The notes beneath the pieces are model-generated. The model saw only the letters and a program-made list of their open reading frames with translations, was not told where the DNA came from and made no database searches. 40,428 nucleotides of DNA from a virus (taxonomy: Duplodnaviria > Caudoviricetes): IMG/VR virus record IMGVR_UViG_3300005805_000180, positions 1 to 40,428 of that record; one strand, 5' to 3'. Both the position numbers and the translations under genes were made by a program. The first letter of the stretch is position 1; each line of letters begins with the position of its first letter. Positions 1 to 8,493 of the stretch are shown here, piece by piece.

Positions 1-603
1 TATACAGAAATGAGAGAGAAACATGAGTACATTATGGGCCTATCTTCGAAAAACGGGACCCCTGAGTCTACTGCTGCTCATATTGCTGCCTTTAGCGCTT
101 TTACTGAAGGTATGCAGTTATTTTCGTCGTTTATAATGTTGTTAAACTTCCCACGTCACGGAAAGATGAAGGGCATGGGTCAGATTGTTACTTGGTCTAT
201 TGTTGACGAGACTCAACACTGTGAAGGAATGATTAAACTCTTTAGAACCTACATTGAAGAGAATAAACAGATTTGGAACGATGAATTAAAAAGCAGCATA
301 TACACTATAGCTACACGGATGGTGGAACTTGAAGACAAGTTTATCGATCTCGCATTTGCAACAAATGCAATTCAAGGTTTATCTAAGGATGAAGTAAAAC
401 ATTACATCCGTTACATTGCAGATCGTAGATTGATTAGTATGGGCATGAAAGGTATCTTTAAAGTTAAAAAGAATCCGTTGCCTTGGGTTGAAGAAATGAT
501 TAATGCTCCTACACATACAAACTTCTTTGAGAACAGAGCAACTGATTATGCAAAAGGAAGTATGTCAGGTTCATGGGACGATGTATGGGGTAAGGCAGCT
601 TGA
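1..603 (+). CDS. nrdB: Ribonucleotide reductase class Ia beta subunit, 5'-truncated at the window edge
   Basis: EGMQLFSSF, DETQH (DExxH iron ligand) and C-terminal NPLPW...NFFENRATDY motifs; the frame is open from base 1. Confidence 0.95.
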   Translation, partial: YTEMREKHEYIMGLSSKNGTPESTAAHIAAFSAFTEGMQLFSSFIMLLNFPRHGKMKGMGQIVTWSIVDETQHCEGMIKLFRTYIEENKQIWNDELKSSIYTIATRMVELEDKFIDLAFATNAIQGLSKDEVKHYIRYIADRRLISMGMKGIFKVKKNPLPWVEEMINAPTHTNFFENRATDYAKGSMSGSWDDVWGKAA

Positions 604-1043
604 AGAAAAAGATAATTGACGCACATATGAAGGTGGCTGAGGTATACGGTAAGTTATCCTCAGCAAACAGACTTAAGGTTGGTTGTGTCATAGTTAAGAA
701 CGACACAATAATTGGTATTGGTTATAATGGAATGCCTTCTGGTTGGGACAATATCTGTGAAGATGTTAATAGAACTGGTAATGACGACTTTGGAAAATAT
801 GAAACTAAAACAAAGCCAGAAGTCATTCATGCTGAAATTAATGCTATTAGTAAAGTAGCAAGATCAACCAACTCGTCTGAAGATGCCTACATGTTCATTA
901 CACATGCTCCTTGCATGGAATGTTCTAAAGCTCTTTTTCAATCTGGTATAAAAAAAGTATTCTACAAGGAAGAGTATAGAGATCTTTCTGGTTTAGAATT
1001 TTTACAAAAATGCGGAGTGGAGGTAGAAAGGTATAATGCGTAA
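600..1043 (+). CDS. cd: dCMP deaminase
   Basis: GYNG, HAEINA and APCMEC Zn-deaminase motifs. Confidence 0.9.
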   Translation: MKKKIIDAHMKVAEVYGKLSSANRLKVGCVIVKNDTIIGIGYNGMPSGWDNICEDVNRTGNDDFGKYETKTKPEVIHAEINAISKVARSTNSSEDAYMFITHAPCMECSKALFQSGIKKVFYKEEYRDLSGLEFLQKCGVEVERYNA

Positions 1044-1182
1044 ACATTTTACTTGTGATGAATGTGATGCAGACTTTAAAGTCAATTACAATCTTGATGA
1101 AGAATATTATGAGGTTCATTTTTGTCCTTTCTGTGGCGCTCAGATTACAGATGAGAAGGATGATGAAGAAGACGAAGAATGA
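1036..1182 (+). CDS. Small zinc-ribbon protein with an acidic tail (48 aa, not in the ORF track)
   Basis: MRKHFTCDECDADFKVNYNLDEEYYEVHFCPFCGAQITDEKDDEEDEE; CxxC...CPFC; fills the gap exactly and overlaps the next ATG (ATGA). Confidence 0.75.
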   Translation: MRKHFTCDECDADFKVNYNLDEEYYEVHFCPFCGAQITDEKDDEEDEE

Positions 1183-1580
1183 CTTGGTTATACAATGGTG
1201 AACCTTTTACTGATCCTGGCGGCAATTATGGTTTTGTATATGTTATTCACAACAAAATAAACGGTCGCAAATACATAGGTAAAAAGTTCTTTTGGACTGC
1301 TAAAAGAAAACAAGTTAACAAAGTTAGAAAACGTTATAAAGTAGAATCAGATTGGCAGAACTACTGGAGCTCTTCTGAGGAGTTGAAAAAAGATGTTGAG
1401 CTTTTGGGTAAAGAAAATTTTACTAGAGAAATTATTCACCTTTGTGGGTCGAAAGGTGTTACAAATTATTTGGAAGCGAAGGAACAATTTGTAAATGCTG
1501 TTTTAGAAAACAAAGATATATGGTATAATACATGGATTATGGTTCGTGTTAACGCTTCTCATCTGAATAAACTAAAATGA
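1179..1580 (+). CDS. GIY-YIG family endonuclease (T4 endonuclease II-like)
   Basis: GFVYVIHNKINGRKYIGKK; Y.SS motif; YLEAKEQ; C-terminal YN. Confidence 0.8.
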   Translation: MTWLYNGEPFTDPGGNYGFVYVIHNKINGRKYIGKKFFWTAKRKQVNKVRKRYKVESDWQNYWSSSEELKKDVELLGKENFTREIIHLCGSKGVTNYLEAKEQFVNAVLENKDIWYNTWIMVRVNASHLNKLK

Positions 1581-2455
1581 CATTTATAATTATTCTTTTT
1601 GGTACTGCTCTTGCTTTATCTGCAGTTGCAGCTTACTACTCAATTGTTGGTTTACTAACCATATTTCCTGCAGCTGGTGTATCCATTGTTGTCATGGGTG
1701 CTACTTTAGAACTGGGAAAGTTAGTTGCAGCTTCTTGGGTTTACAGAAATTGGAAGTCAGCTCAGTTACTTCTTAAAAGTTATTTCACCATTGCAGTTGT
1801 AGTGCTAAGTTTCATTACATCAATGGGTATATTTGGTTACCTTTCCAAAGCACACATTGAACAGTCTTATTCGTTTAGTGACTCAAGTGTTATTATAAAG
1901 AATTTGGAAAGGGAAATTGAAAGTGAAGAACAGGCAATTAGGACTGCGCAAAGAAATTTGGATATACTTGATGGACTTGTTACTCAAGCCGATCCAAAGG
2001 ATGCTAATACAATACGCAATACGCAAAGACGGGAGCGTGCGAATATCAGTAGCCAGATTAGGTCTTCGTCTGAGCGAATTAAGACTCTCACTACTGAGCT
2101 CACCCCCCTACGACAGGAATCCGCACGTGTTGAAGCTGAGATCGGACCTATTAAGTATGTCGCTGATCTTATCTACGGCGAAAGTGACAAAGGACTTATT
2201 GAAAAAGCAGTCAGATGGGTAATTGTAATTATAGTTTTAGTATTTGATCCTTTGGCTATCATACTACTCATTGCTGCTAACCGTGAGCTTAAGAATTATA
2301 GTATGAGAGCCAAACCAAAGGTAATTAAGAAACCTTCTAAAAAGAATTCTTCTGACTTTGACTATCCAAGCAGCGATAAACTTGTTATTGATAAAGATCA
2401 GATACACGAAATACCAAAAGAGATTATAGACAAAGTCTTTAAAAAGAAAAAGTAA
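1577..2455 (+). CDS. Membrane protein with N-terminal TM helices, a central coiled coil and a C-terminal TM helix
   Basis: About three hydrophobic N-terminal helices, a heptad-like charged middle and a hydrophobic VIVIIVLVFDPLAIILLIAA segment. Confidence 0.7.
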   Translation: MTFIIILFGTALALSAVAAYYSIVGLLTIFPAAGVSIVVMGATLELGKLVAASWVYRNWKSAQLLLKSYFTIAVVVLSFITSMGIFGYLSKAHIEQSYSFSDSSVIIKNLEREIESEEQAIRTAQRNLDILDGLVTQADPKDANTIRNTQRRERANISSQIRSSSERIKTLTTELTPLRQESARVEAEIGPIKYVADLIYGESDKGLIEKAVRWVIVIIVLVFDPLAIILLIAANRELKNYSMRAKPKVIKKPSKKNSSDFDYPSSDKLVIDKDQIHEIPKEIIDKVFKKKK

Positions 2456-2458
2456 CAG

Positions 2459-2487
2459 TTGATCTTTAACATGAAATGTAATAGAAT
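2459..2487 (+). promoter_or_regulatory. Sigma70-like early promoter upstream of rnh
   Basis: TTGATC-17 nt-TAGAAT, ending 6 nt before the ATG at 2494 (possibly a leaderless mRNA). Confidence 0.55.
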
Positions 2488-2493
2488 TGCTAG

Positions 2494-3342
2494 ATGATTA
2501 TTGTCGACTACTCCCAAACTATTATATCTAATCTTATGGCTGAGCTTGGAGGCCGCAAAGATGTAGATCTTGAAATCAACCTACTTCGTCACATGGTGCT
2601 TAACACCTTGCGAAGCTATCACACTAAGTTCAAAAGAGAGTTTGGTGAGATGGTAATTGCTTGTGACAATAAAAAGTATTGGAGGAAAGAAATATTTCCT
2701 CACTACAAAGCCAATCGTAAAAAAGCTAGAGAAGATTCTGGCTACGATTGGAATCTAATATTTGATGCTATTAACACAATTAAAAAAGAACTAAAAGAGA
2801 TCTTTCCATACAAAGTTATTGAAGTTGAAAGCTCTGAAGCAGATGATATTATTGCTACTCTTTGTAAAACTCAAAGAGATGAACCTATCTTAATTATTTC
2901 CGGTGACCATGATTTCATCCAGCTTCATAAGTATGACAATGTAAAACAATACTCACCTATCCAGAAGAAGTTTGTAGTCTCACCAATGTCATCTGATAAG
3001 ATTGTGTTAGAACATATTATCAAAGGAGACAAAGGTGATGGTATCCCTAATGTATTAACTTCTGATGAAGCAATTATTAAAGGAGAGAGACAAAAGCCAG
3101 TATCTTCTAAGAAACTTGAAGAGTGGCTTAACGATCCTACTACAATGCCTCATGATGATAACTTTATTAAAAACTACAAACGTAACCAATTGCTTGTTGA
3201 TCTATCAAAGATACCACAACGCATTGAAGAGTCAATACTAAATACATTTACAAATTATCCTCAAAAGGATAAAAGTATGATTCTTGATTATTTTATTGAG
3301 CATAAGATGAAACATATGCTTGAGCATATAGAGGAGTTTTAA
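2494..3342 (+). CDS. rnh: T4-type RNase H / 5'-3' exonuclease
   Basis: IIVD start, YWRK.IFPHYKANR, EADDII, ISGDHDF.QL and GDKGDGIPN motifs. Confidence 0.92.
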   Translation: MIIVDYSQTIISNLMAELGGRKDVDLEINLLRHMVLNTLRSYHTKFKREFGEMVIACDNKKYWRKEIFPHYKANRKKAREDSGYDWNLIFDAINTIKKELKEIFPYKVIEVESSEADDIIATLCKTQRDEPILIISGDHDFIQLHKYDNVKQYSPIQKKFVVSPMSSDKIVLEHIIKGDKGDGIPNVLTSDEAIIKGERQKPVSSKKLEEWLNDPTTMPHDDNFIKNYKRNQLLVDLSKIPQRIEESILNTFTNYPQKDKSMILDYFIEHKMKHMLEHIEEF

Positions 3343-3851
3343 TGAAATATTTGGTATCTGAGTTATTTGATCTCGTTGAAAAGCAAAAAACAAAAGAAGA
3401 AAAAATAAACCTACTTAGACAAAATGGCGAGCTTATTACCAAAGCTGTTTTGCATATGAACTATGAAGGCAATGTTAAGTTCTTATTGCCTGAAGGTGAA
3501 CCACCTTTCAAGAAAGAAAAAGATCAGCCAATGGGCTATCAAACTACCACTCTTAATTTAGAGCTGCGTAGGTTCTACATCTTTTTTCAAGAAGACATGA
3601 ATGTAAGCAAAGCAAAAAGAGAAGCCTTGTTTATTAACATGCTTGAAGGATTGCATTGGACAGAAGCAGAATTGTTGTGCTTTGTAAAAGATAAAAATTT
3701 AGAGTCTAAGTATCCATCTTTAACATTAGAACTTGTTATGGAAGCATTTCCAGATATGGCTTTTGCAAATCCACTGAAGAAGGAACCCCCACCAAAAAAG
3801 TCTTCAGTAAAAAAGTCAAAGAAGGTGTTAGAAGTACAATTGCAAGAATAA
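3342..3851 (+). CDS. Conserved T4-like hypothetical protein downstream of rnh (candidate -1 frameshift extension to 3958)
   Basis: LPEGEPPF...KREALFINMLEGLH..EAELL pattern that I recognise from T4-like phages; translationally coupled to rnh. Confidence 0.7.
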   Translation: MKYLVSELFDLVEKQKTKEEKINLLRQNGELITKAVLHMNYEGNVKFLLPEGEPPFKKEKDQPMGYQTTTLNLELRRFYIFFQEDMNVSKAKREALFINMLEGLHWTEAELLCFVKDKNLESKYPSLTLELVMEAFPDMAFANPLKKEPPPKKSSVKKSKKVLEVQLQE

Positions 3852-3959
3852 AGTTACTGTTTGAAAAACCTGTAGAACCTAAAAGCAATTGGATGTCTGC
3901 TTCTTTGCCACCTCCAGGTAGAGACCACATTTTTCCTTTAAGAAACAAAAAGTTATAAG

Positions 3960-3987
3960 TTGACTTTTACATATAATCCTGTATAAT
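3960..3987 (+). promoter_or_regulatory. Sigma70-like early promoter
   Basis: TTGACT-16 nt-TATAAT, followed by an AGGAG RBS and the ATG at 4012. Confidence 0.65.
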
Positions 3988-4011
3988 ATAAGTTCTTTAT
4001 AGGAGATTAAT

Positions 4012-4317
4012 ATGGCTCTGGTTTATGTTTCTGTAAAGTCTAAGCAAAGTAAGAAAAAAGGTGTACAACCTTATGCTAAGCCAAAGGTTGCTCCAGCATA
4101 TGCTCAGGGTTTGTATAAACCTTCTAAACCTTTCCATCGTACTACTGAATACATTCCTAGTGTTGAAAGTACAGGATATTCTTGCTGTGCTAAAAAAGAA
4201 GATAAGGTGTATACTGGAGATAGTATTGTAGGTATTGGAACTATGCACAAATCAAACGCAGTTCCTATTTTTAACGATTCGCAAGCCAAAGACATTGCAA
4301 CCATGAGGAGAAACTAA
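4012..4317 (+). CDS. Conserved phage hypothetical protein (YTG...GIGTMHKSNAVP motif)
   Basis: Strong AGGAG RBS; the MHKSNAVP motif is familiar from T4-like phages; function unknown. Confidence 0.75.
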   Translation: MALVYVSVKSKQSKKKGVQPYAKPKVAPAYAQGLYKPSKPFHRTTEYIPSVESTGYSCCAKKEDKVYTGDSIVGIGTMHKSNAVPIFNDSQAKDIATMRRN

Positions 4318-4688
4318 TGTCAAAATTTATGTTAAAGTATCAAGACAATGATTGGGATATAGATAATCCCAGTTTAACTATTACACATGAATTTGTTTCA
4401 GGAGGTATTCATGCTGTTCTAGAACATATGGAAAACTTCTTAAGAAGTGCTGGTTATACTGTAGATGGTAAACTTGAAATTGTTTCTGTAGAAGATAATT
4501 CAGAAGAGTATGAAGTTGATGACACCGAGGAAGATATTTTTAATGTAGGTGGTGACACTATCATATCAACAAATAATGATTGGCCAATGGGTGATAACAT
4601 GATCTCTAGCCTTCGTGATGATCGTTTGGATGAAATAACTATAAAGGTATCAAACCCCAATGAAGAGCCTATTCACTTTAGAGTATAA
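4317..4688 (+). CDS. Acidic hypothetical protein
   Basis: GAGGAG RBS, TAATG coupling; FLRSAGY motif. Confidence 0.65.
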   Translation: MSKFMLKYQDNDWDIDNPSLTITHEFVSGGIHAVLEHMENFLRSAGYTVDGKLEIVSVEDNSEEYEVDDTEEDIFNVGGDTIISTNNDWPMGDNMISSLRDDRLDEITIKVSNPNEEPIHFRV

Positions 4689-4845
4689 ATTAGTTGATTC
4701 AAAAGGTCGTGAAAAGCGTCCTTTGTTTGTTGGGGTGTATAAAACTTTAAAGGAAATAGAAAAGGCAAAGGAAGCTTTGCTTAAAGATTGTAAGGATAAA
4801 ATTTCTTTTCAAGTGTATACTGCATGGACGCTTTCTACTAAATAA
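4660..4845 (+). CDS. Small hypothetical protein
   Basis: Fills the gap in the operon; VGVYKTL..IEKAK pattern. Confidence 0.55.
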   Translation: MKSLFTLEYKLVDSKGREKRPLFVGVYKTLKEIEKAKEALLKDCKDKISFQVYTAWTLSTK

Positions 4846-4849
4846 TAAT

Positions 4850-5095
4850 ATGCCAACGTACACATTTCGTGATACTAAAACTGATGAAGTGTTTGACAGA
4901 TTGATGAAATGGTCAGACAGAGAAGTCTTCCTCAACGAAAATCCCCACATAGAACCTGTCATAGGAGCAACCGCTTTAGGTGATCCTGTTCGTCTTGGAG
5001 TTAGAAGGACTGATGGTGGGTTCAACGAAGTCTTGTCCAAAATCCATGCTGCTAATTATAAGAGCAATCTTGCGGACAAACTATCTAGACGATGA
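4850..5095 (+). CDS. FmdB-like small protein (MPTYTF start, no Cys ligands)
   Basis: MPTYTFRD..T.EVFD N-terminus and GFNEVLSKI C-terminus, typical of the gene before phoH in T4-like phages. Confidence 0.65.
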   Translation: MPTYTFRDTKTDEVFDRLMKWSDREVFLNENPHIEPVIGATALGDPVRLGVRRTDGGFNEVLSKIHAANYKSNLADKLSRR

Positions 5096-5127
5096 GAAAA
5101 GTGAAAGGTACATTAACTCCAACCTTG

Positions 5128-5160
5128 AAGGCCTACAGCAGTTTTTGTAGGCCTTTTTTT
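5128..5160 (+). terminator. Intrinsic terminator-like hairpin
   Basis: AAGGCCTACA / TGTAGGCCTT stem followed by a T run. Confidence 0.7.
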
Positions 5161-5180
5161 CTTTCCAAAAGAGGGTATAG

Positions 5181-5930
5181 ATGGCTAGAAAACAAGCTCT
5201 ACAAACACAACAAACCTCCCAACAACCTAATCTTTCCTTGGTTAATAACAAACTAAAGATAAGGATTGATGATTTAAAAACAATAGAGCCGTTAACAGAG
5301 AATCAAACAAAGTTTTTCAACCTATACAAAAATTCTAAAATATTATTACTACACGGAGTAGCAGGAACAGGTAAAACGTACATAGCACTTTACAAAGCAC
5401 TAGAAGAAGTTCTCGATAGAGGTAATTCCTTCAAGAGAGTAATTATTGTAAGGTCTGCTGTTCCCTCACGTGATATTGGCCACCTACCAGGCGACGAGAA
5501 AGAAAAAACAGAAGTCTACCAACAACCCTATATTGAGATTTGTGAAGACTTATTTTCCAGAAGAGATGCATTCCAAAGATTACAAGAGCAGCATGTAGTA
5601 CAATTTATGATTACTTCTTTTGTTAGAGGTATAACTTTAGATGATTCTGTCATTATTGTTGACGAGTGTCAAAACATGACAGATATGGAACTAAATAGCA
5701 TTGTTACAAGAGTTGGTTCTAGATCGAAGATAATTTTGTGTGGTGATTTCAGACAGACAGATCTTTACAAGAAAACTGATATGTCTGGCTTAAAGAAGTT
5801 TATGGTTATAGCAGATATGATGCCTTCAGTAAAAACTATAGAGTTTGAGGTTGAAGATATTGTTCGATCGGAGCTAGTCAAGGAGTACATTCTAGCTAGA
5901 ATGGCTTACGAAGATCAATACGGAACTTAA
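5181..5930 (+). CDS. phoH: PhoH-like ATPase
   Basis: GVAGTGKT Walker A, IGHLPG, RGITL, IIVDECQN and GDFRQTD. Confidence 0.93.
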   Translation: MARKQALQTQQTSQQPNLSLVNNKLKIRIDDLKTIEPLTENQTKFFNLYKNSKILLLHGVAGTGKTYIALYKALEEVLDRGNSFKRVIIVRSAVPSRDIGHLPGDEKEKTEVYQQPYIEICEDLFSRRDAFQRLQEQHVVQFMITSFVRGITLDDSVIIVDECQNMTDMELNSIVTRVGSRSKIILCGDFRQTDLYKKTDMSGLKKFMVIADMMPSVKTIEFEVEDIVRSELVKEYILARMAYEDQYGT

Positions 5931-5939
5931 GGAGGATAA

Positions 5940-6404
5940 ATGAAGCTTTCAGAGAATTTTAGTCTTGCAGAGATGGTTAAAAGTGAAACAGCATTACGCC
6001 AAGGATTAGATAACACACCAGGTGATGCTGAGATTGCAAATTTAAAAAGGTTAGCTGAGAATGTATTACAACCAGTTAGAGAAGCATACGGAAAGGGTGT
6101 TAAGGTCAATTCAGGATTCAGACACCCTGATGTTAATGCAGCAGTGGGTGGCTCAAGGACTTCGGATCACTGTAAAGGTATGGCAGCTGATATTGAAATT
6201 CCCGGTGTTGCTAATGCAGACCTTGCGGAATGGATTAAGGACAATTTGGAATTTACTCAACTTATTCTTGAATTCTATACTCCTGGTATTCCTGACTCTG
6301 GTTGGGTTCATGTTTCTTATGATCCTAACAACTTAAAGAAGCAAGTTATGACAGCAATGAAAGAAAACGGTAAGACTGTGTACAAAGCAGGTATTATCGC
6401 TTAA
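5940..6404 (+). CDS. Peptidase M15A family Zn peptidase (endolysin-like)
   Basis: LSENFSL, SGFR...VNAAVGG...SDHCKGMAADI and WVHVS motifs; AGGAGG RBS. Confidence 0.88.
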   Translation: MKLSENFSLAEMVKSETALRQGLDNTPGDAEIANLKRLAENVLQPVREAYGKGVKVNSGFRHPDVNAAVGGSRTSDHCKGMAADIEIPGVANADLAEWIKDNLEFTQLILEFYTPGIPDSGWVHVSYDPNNLKKQVMTAMKENGKTVYKAGIIA

Positions 6405-6422
6405 AGGAGTTTAGGTGAACTT

Positions 6423-7076
6423 TTGAGATTTAATTTTATACATCATGAATATCCCATTCTGGAACGAACCTCTACTGACGGTGTTAGGCTTTACAAGACA
6501 CCGTCAGGTAGAGCCTATCCATCCATCACAACCGTTACTGGTCTCCTTAAACGACAAGCAATACAAGAATGGAGAGAAAGAGTTGGAGCAGAAGAAGCCA
6601 ATAAAATCTCAGGCAGGGCTTCCTCGCGAGGAACCAGAGTACATTCTCTATGCGAAGACTATCTGTCCAACAAAGAAGTTACCCCAAATTACCTTGATCA
6701 CGAACTCTGGCAAACCTTTAAGCCAAACTTGGATCGCATAAGTAATATACATGCATTAGAAACTAAGTTATATTCTGATCATTTAGAAGTTGCAGGTACA
6801 GTTGACTGTATCGCAGACTTTGATGGTAAATTATCGGTAATAGATTTTAAGACTTCATCTCGAGTAAAAGACAGAGATAATATCCATGACTATTTTATGC
6901 AGTGTTCTGCTTATGCTGTAGCCTTTGAAGAATTAACAAATATTCCTGTGCCTAATTTAGTTATTGTTATGGGCGTTGATGACGAAGGTTGTTTTATTTT
7001 TAAAGAAAAACGAGACGATTGGATCAACGGTTTTAGACAACTACGCGAGGAATACAGAAGATGGAAAAATATCTAG
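6423..7076 (+). CDS. PD-(D/E)XK exonuclease (Cas4/RecB-like fold)
   Basis: YPSITT, RGTRVH, AGTVDCIA, IDFKTS and QCSAYA motifs; TTG start. Confidence 0.85.
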   Translation: MRFNFIHHEYPILERTSTDGVRLYKTPSGRAYPSITTVTGLLKRQAIQEWRERVGAEEANKISGRASSRGTRVHSLCEDYLSNKEVTPNYLDHELWQTFKPNLDRISNIHALETKLYSDHLEVAGTVDCIADFDGKLSVIDFKTSSRVKDRDNIHDYFMQCSAYAVAFEELTNIPVPNLVIVMGVDDEGCFIFKEKRDDWINGFRQLREEYRRWKNI

Positions 7077-7363
7077 CAGCATTGGCTTTTGTAACTTTAC
7101 CAGTACAAGCTCAAGAAGTTCTTAATGTACCAATTGATGCATATTGCATTATTAAAGATCATATGGCTAGAATACTTGCCGAACACCAAGAAAAACCTAT
7201 GTTAGTTGGCGTAAGCGTACGCTATGTTAACGGTAATGAAATATCAGTTCCTATGGTTGTTTTTGTTAATCCTGAAACTAAATCATTTACTATTGCAGAA
7301 AAAGTAAATGATAAGTACTGCGTTGTTGCTCTAGGTGAAAAACTTTCTCCGTACACAAAATAA
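7061..7363 (+). CDS. Small exported protein with a signal peptide and two Cys
   Basis: MEKYLAALAFVTLPVQA signal-like N-terminus; VFVNPETKSFTI...YC. Confidence 0.65.
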   Translation: MEKYLAALAFVTLPVQAQEVLNVPIDAYCIIKDHMARILAEHQEKPMLVGVSVRYVNGNEISVPMVVFVNPETKSFTIAEKVNDKYCVVALGEKLSPYTK

Positions 7364-7366
7364 CTG

Positions 7367-7395
7367 TTGACTTTCCTGTTGTTGATCGGTATAAT
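7367..7395 (+). promoter_or_regulatory. Sigma70-like early promoter
   Basis: TTGACT-17 nt-TATAAT; GAGGT RBS before the ATG at 7430. Confidence 0.7.
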
Positions 7396-7429
7396 TTTTT
7401 ATGTCAACCGATGAAAGTGAGGTAAAGAA

Positions 7430-7708
7430 ATGGTTAGCGACTGGGAACAAAAAGATAAAGATGCCTTATACGACTGGTTATCTAGTATCCTAAAGACTAG
7501 TAATTTAACGATTACGTTCCAGAAGAAAGATGGTTCAGATCGAGTAATAAACGCAACGTTAAACGAAAGTATAGTTCCAAAGTACGAGAAGAAGACTGAT
7601 AAGGAAAAGGCAAAGACAAAGGGTACTCTAGCAGTCTTTGATCTTGACAAGAATGAGTGGAGATCCTTTCGTCTAGATTCCGTAAAGAAGATTGAAGGAA
7701 CGTTGTAA
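7430..7708 (+). CDS. WYL-like / SH3 (Sm-like) small protein, T4 gp61.1-like family
   Basis: ITFQKKDGSDR...ATL...VFDLDKNEWRSFRLDSV signature. Confidence 0.75.
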   Translation: MVSDWEQKDKDALYDWLSSILKTSNLTITFQKKDGSDRVINATLNESIVPKYEKKTDKEKAKTKGTLAVFDLDKNEWRSFRLDSVKKIEGTL

Positions 7709-8493
7709 TGAATGTTGCATTGTATGGTCATGGGTATGTTGGTGAAAGTATTGCTAATGAACTGCGAAAGCATTTTACTTTGTTATGGCTCCACCACACA
7801 GATCCCATTCCATCCTCTGCTAGTATTGTAATAAATGCTGCTGGGTATACTGGAGAACTTAACGTTGATGATACAGAGAAGAATAGAGATCTGTGTGTCG
7901 ATGCAAACATTAGGTTTCCTCTTCATTTAGAAAAAACATCTAAAGTTCAAATTATACACATATCAACTGGATGTGTTTATGATGGATACAAAGAAGGCGG
8001 GTGGTTGGAGACAGACAAACCTACTATGACCTTTGATAACGGTTCTTTTTATTCTGGGTGTAAAGGTCTACTGCAAGAGTTAATAGAACCGTATCTTGAC
8101 AGATCCTATTATTTTAGAATTAGACTTCCTTTTGGTTCTGCACTACATAAAAAGAATCTTATCACCAAATTGGCTAATTATGACACTCTTGTAGATGTTC
8201 ATAACAGCATTACTTCTGTTCATGATTTATCAAAGTGTGTAGTGCATTTTATCCGTGAAAGGCCTACACCAGGAATGTATAATGTTGTCAATCAAGGGTC
8301 TATATATCATAGTAATATTGTAGGCATGCTTGGATTGAAAAAACGTTGGATGACTATTGAAGAATTTGAATCTAAAGTATCAGTGCGTAGAAGTAACTGT
8401 ATTTTAAATGTTGACAAATTACAAGAAGTGTATAAAATGCCTCATGTTATAGAATCTTTAACAGAATCTATAAATAAAGTTACGATCGTATGA
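7708..8493 (+). CDS. NAD(P)-dependent nucleotide-sugar epimerase/reductase (RmlD or NRS/ER-like SDR)
   Basis: GHGYVG Rossmann motif, INAAGYTG, ISTGCVY and YSGCK (YxxxK). Confidence 0.82.
   Translation: MNVALYGHGYVGESIANELRKHFTLLWLHHTDPIPSSASIVINAAGYTGELNVDDTEKNRDLCVDANIRFPLHLEKTSKVQIIHISTGCVYDGYKEGGWLETDKPTMTFDNGSFYSGCKGLLQELIEPYLDRSYYFRIRLPFGSALHKKNLITKLANYDTLVDVHNSITSVHDLSKCVVHFIRERPTPGMYNVVNQGSIYHSNIVGMLGLKKRWMTIEEFESKVSVRRSNCILNVDKLQEVYKMPHVIESLTESINKVTIV
8469..8476 (+). promoter_or_regulatory. T4-type late promoter immediately upstream of the tmRNA
   Basis: Perfect TATAAATA. A sigma70-like TTGACA-16-TAAAAT also lies at 8411-8438. Confidence 0.6.

Noticed and set aside
1179-1580. Intron-encoded or mobile homing endonuclease
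   Set aside because: It has only a catalytic domain with no DNA-binding tail, is tightly coupled to its neighbours and interrupts no gene.
6423-7076. Cas4 as evidence of a CRISPR-Cas system
   Set aside because: It lacks the four-Cys Fe-S pattern and any cas or array context. It is a common T4-like stand-alone exonuclease.
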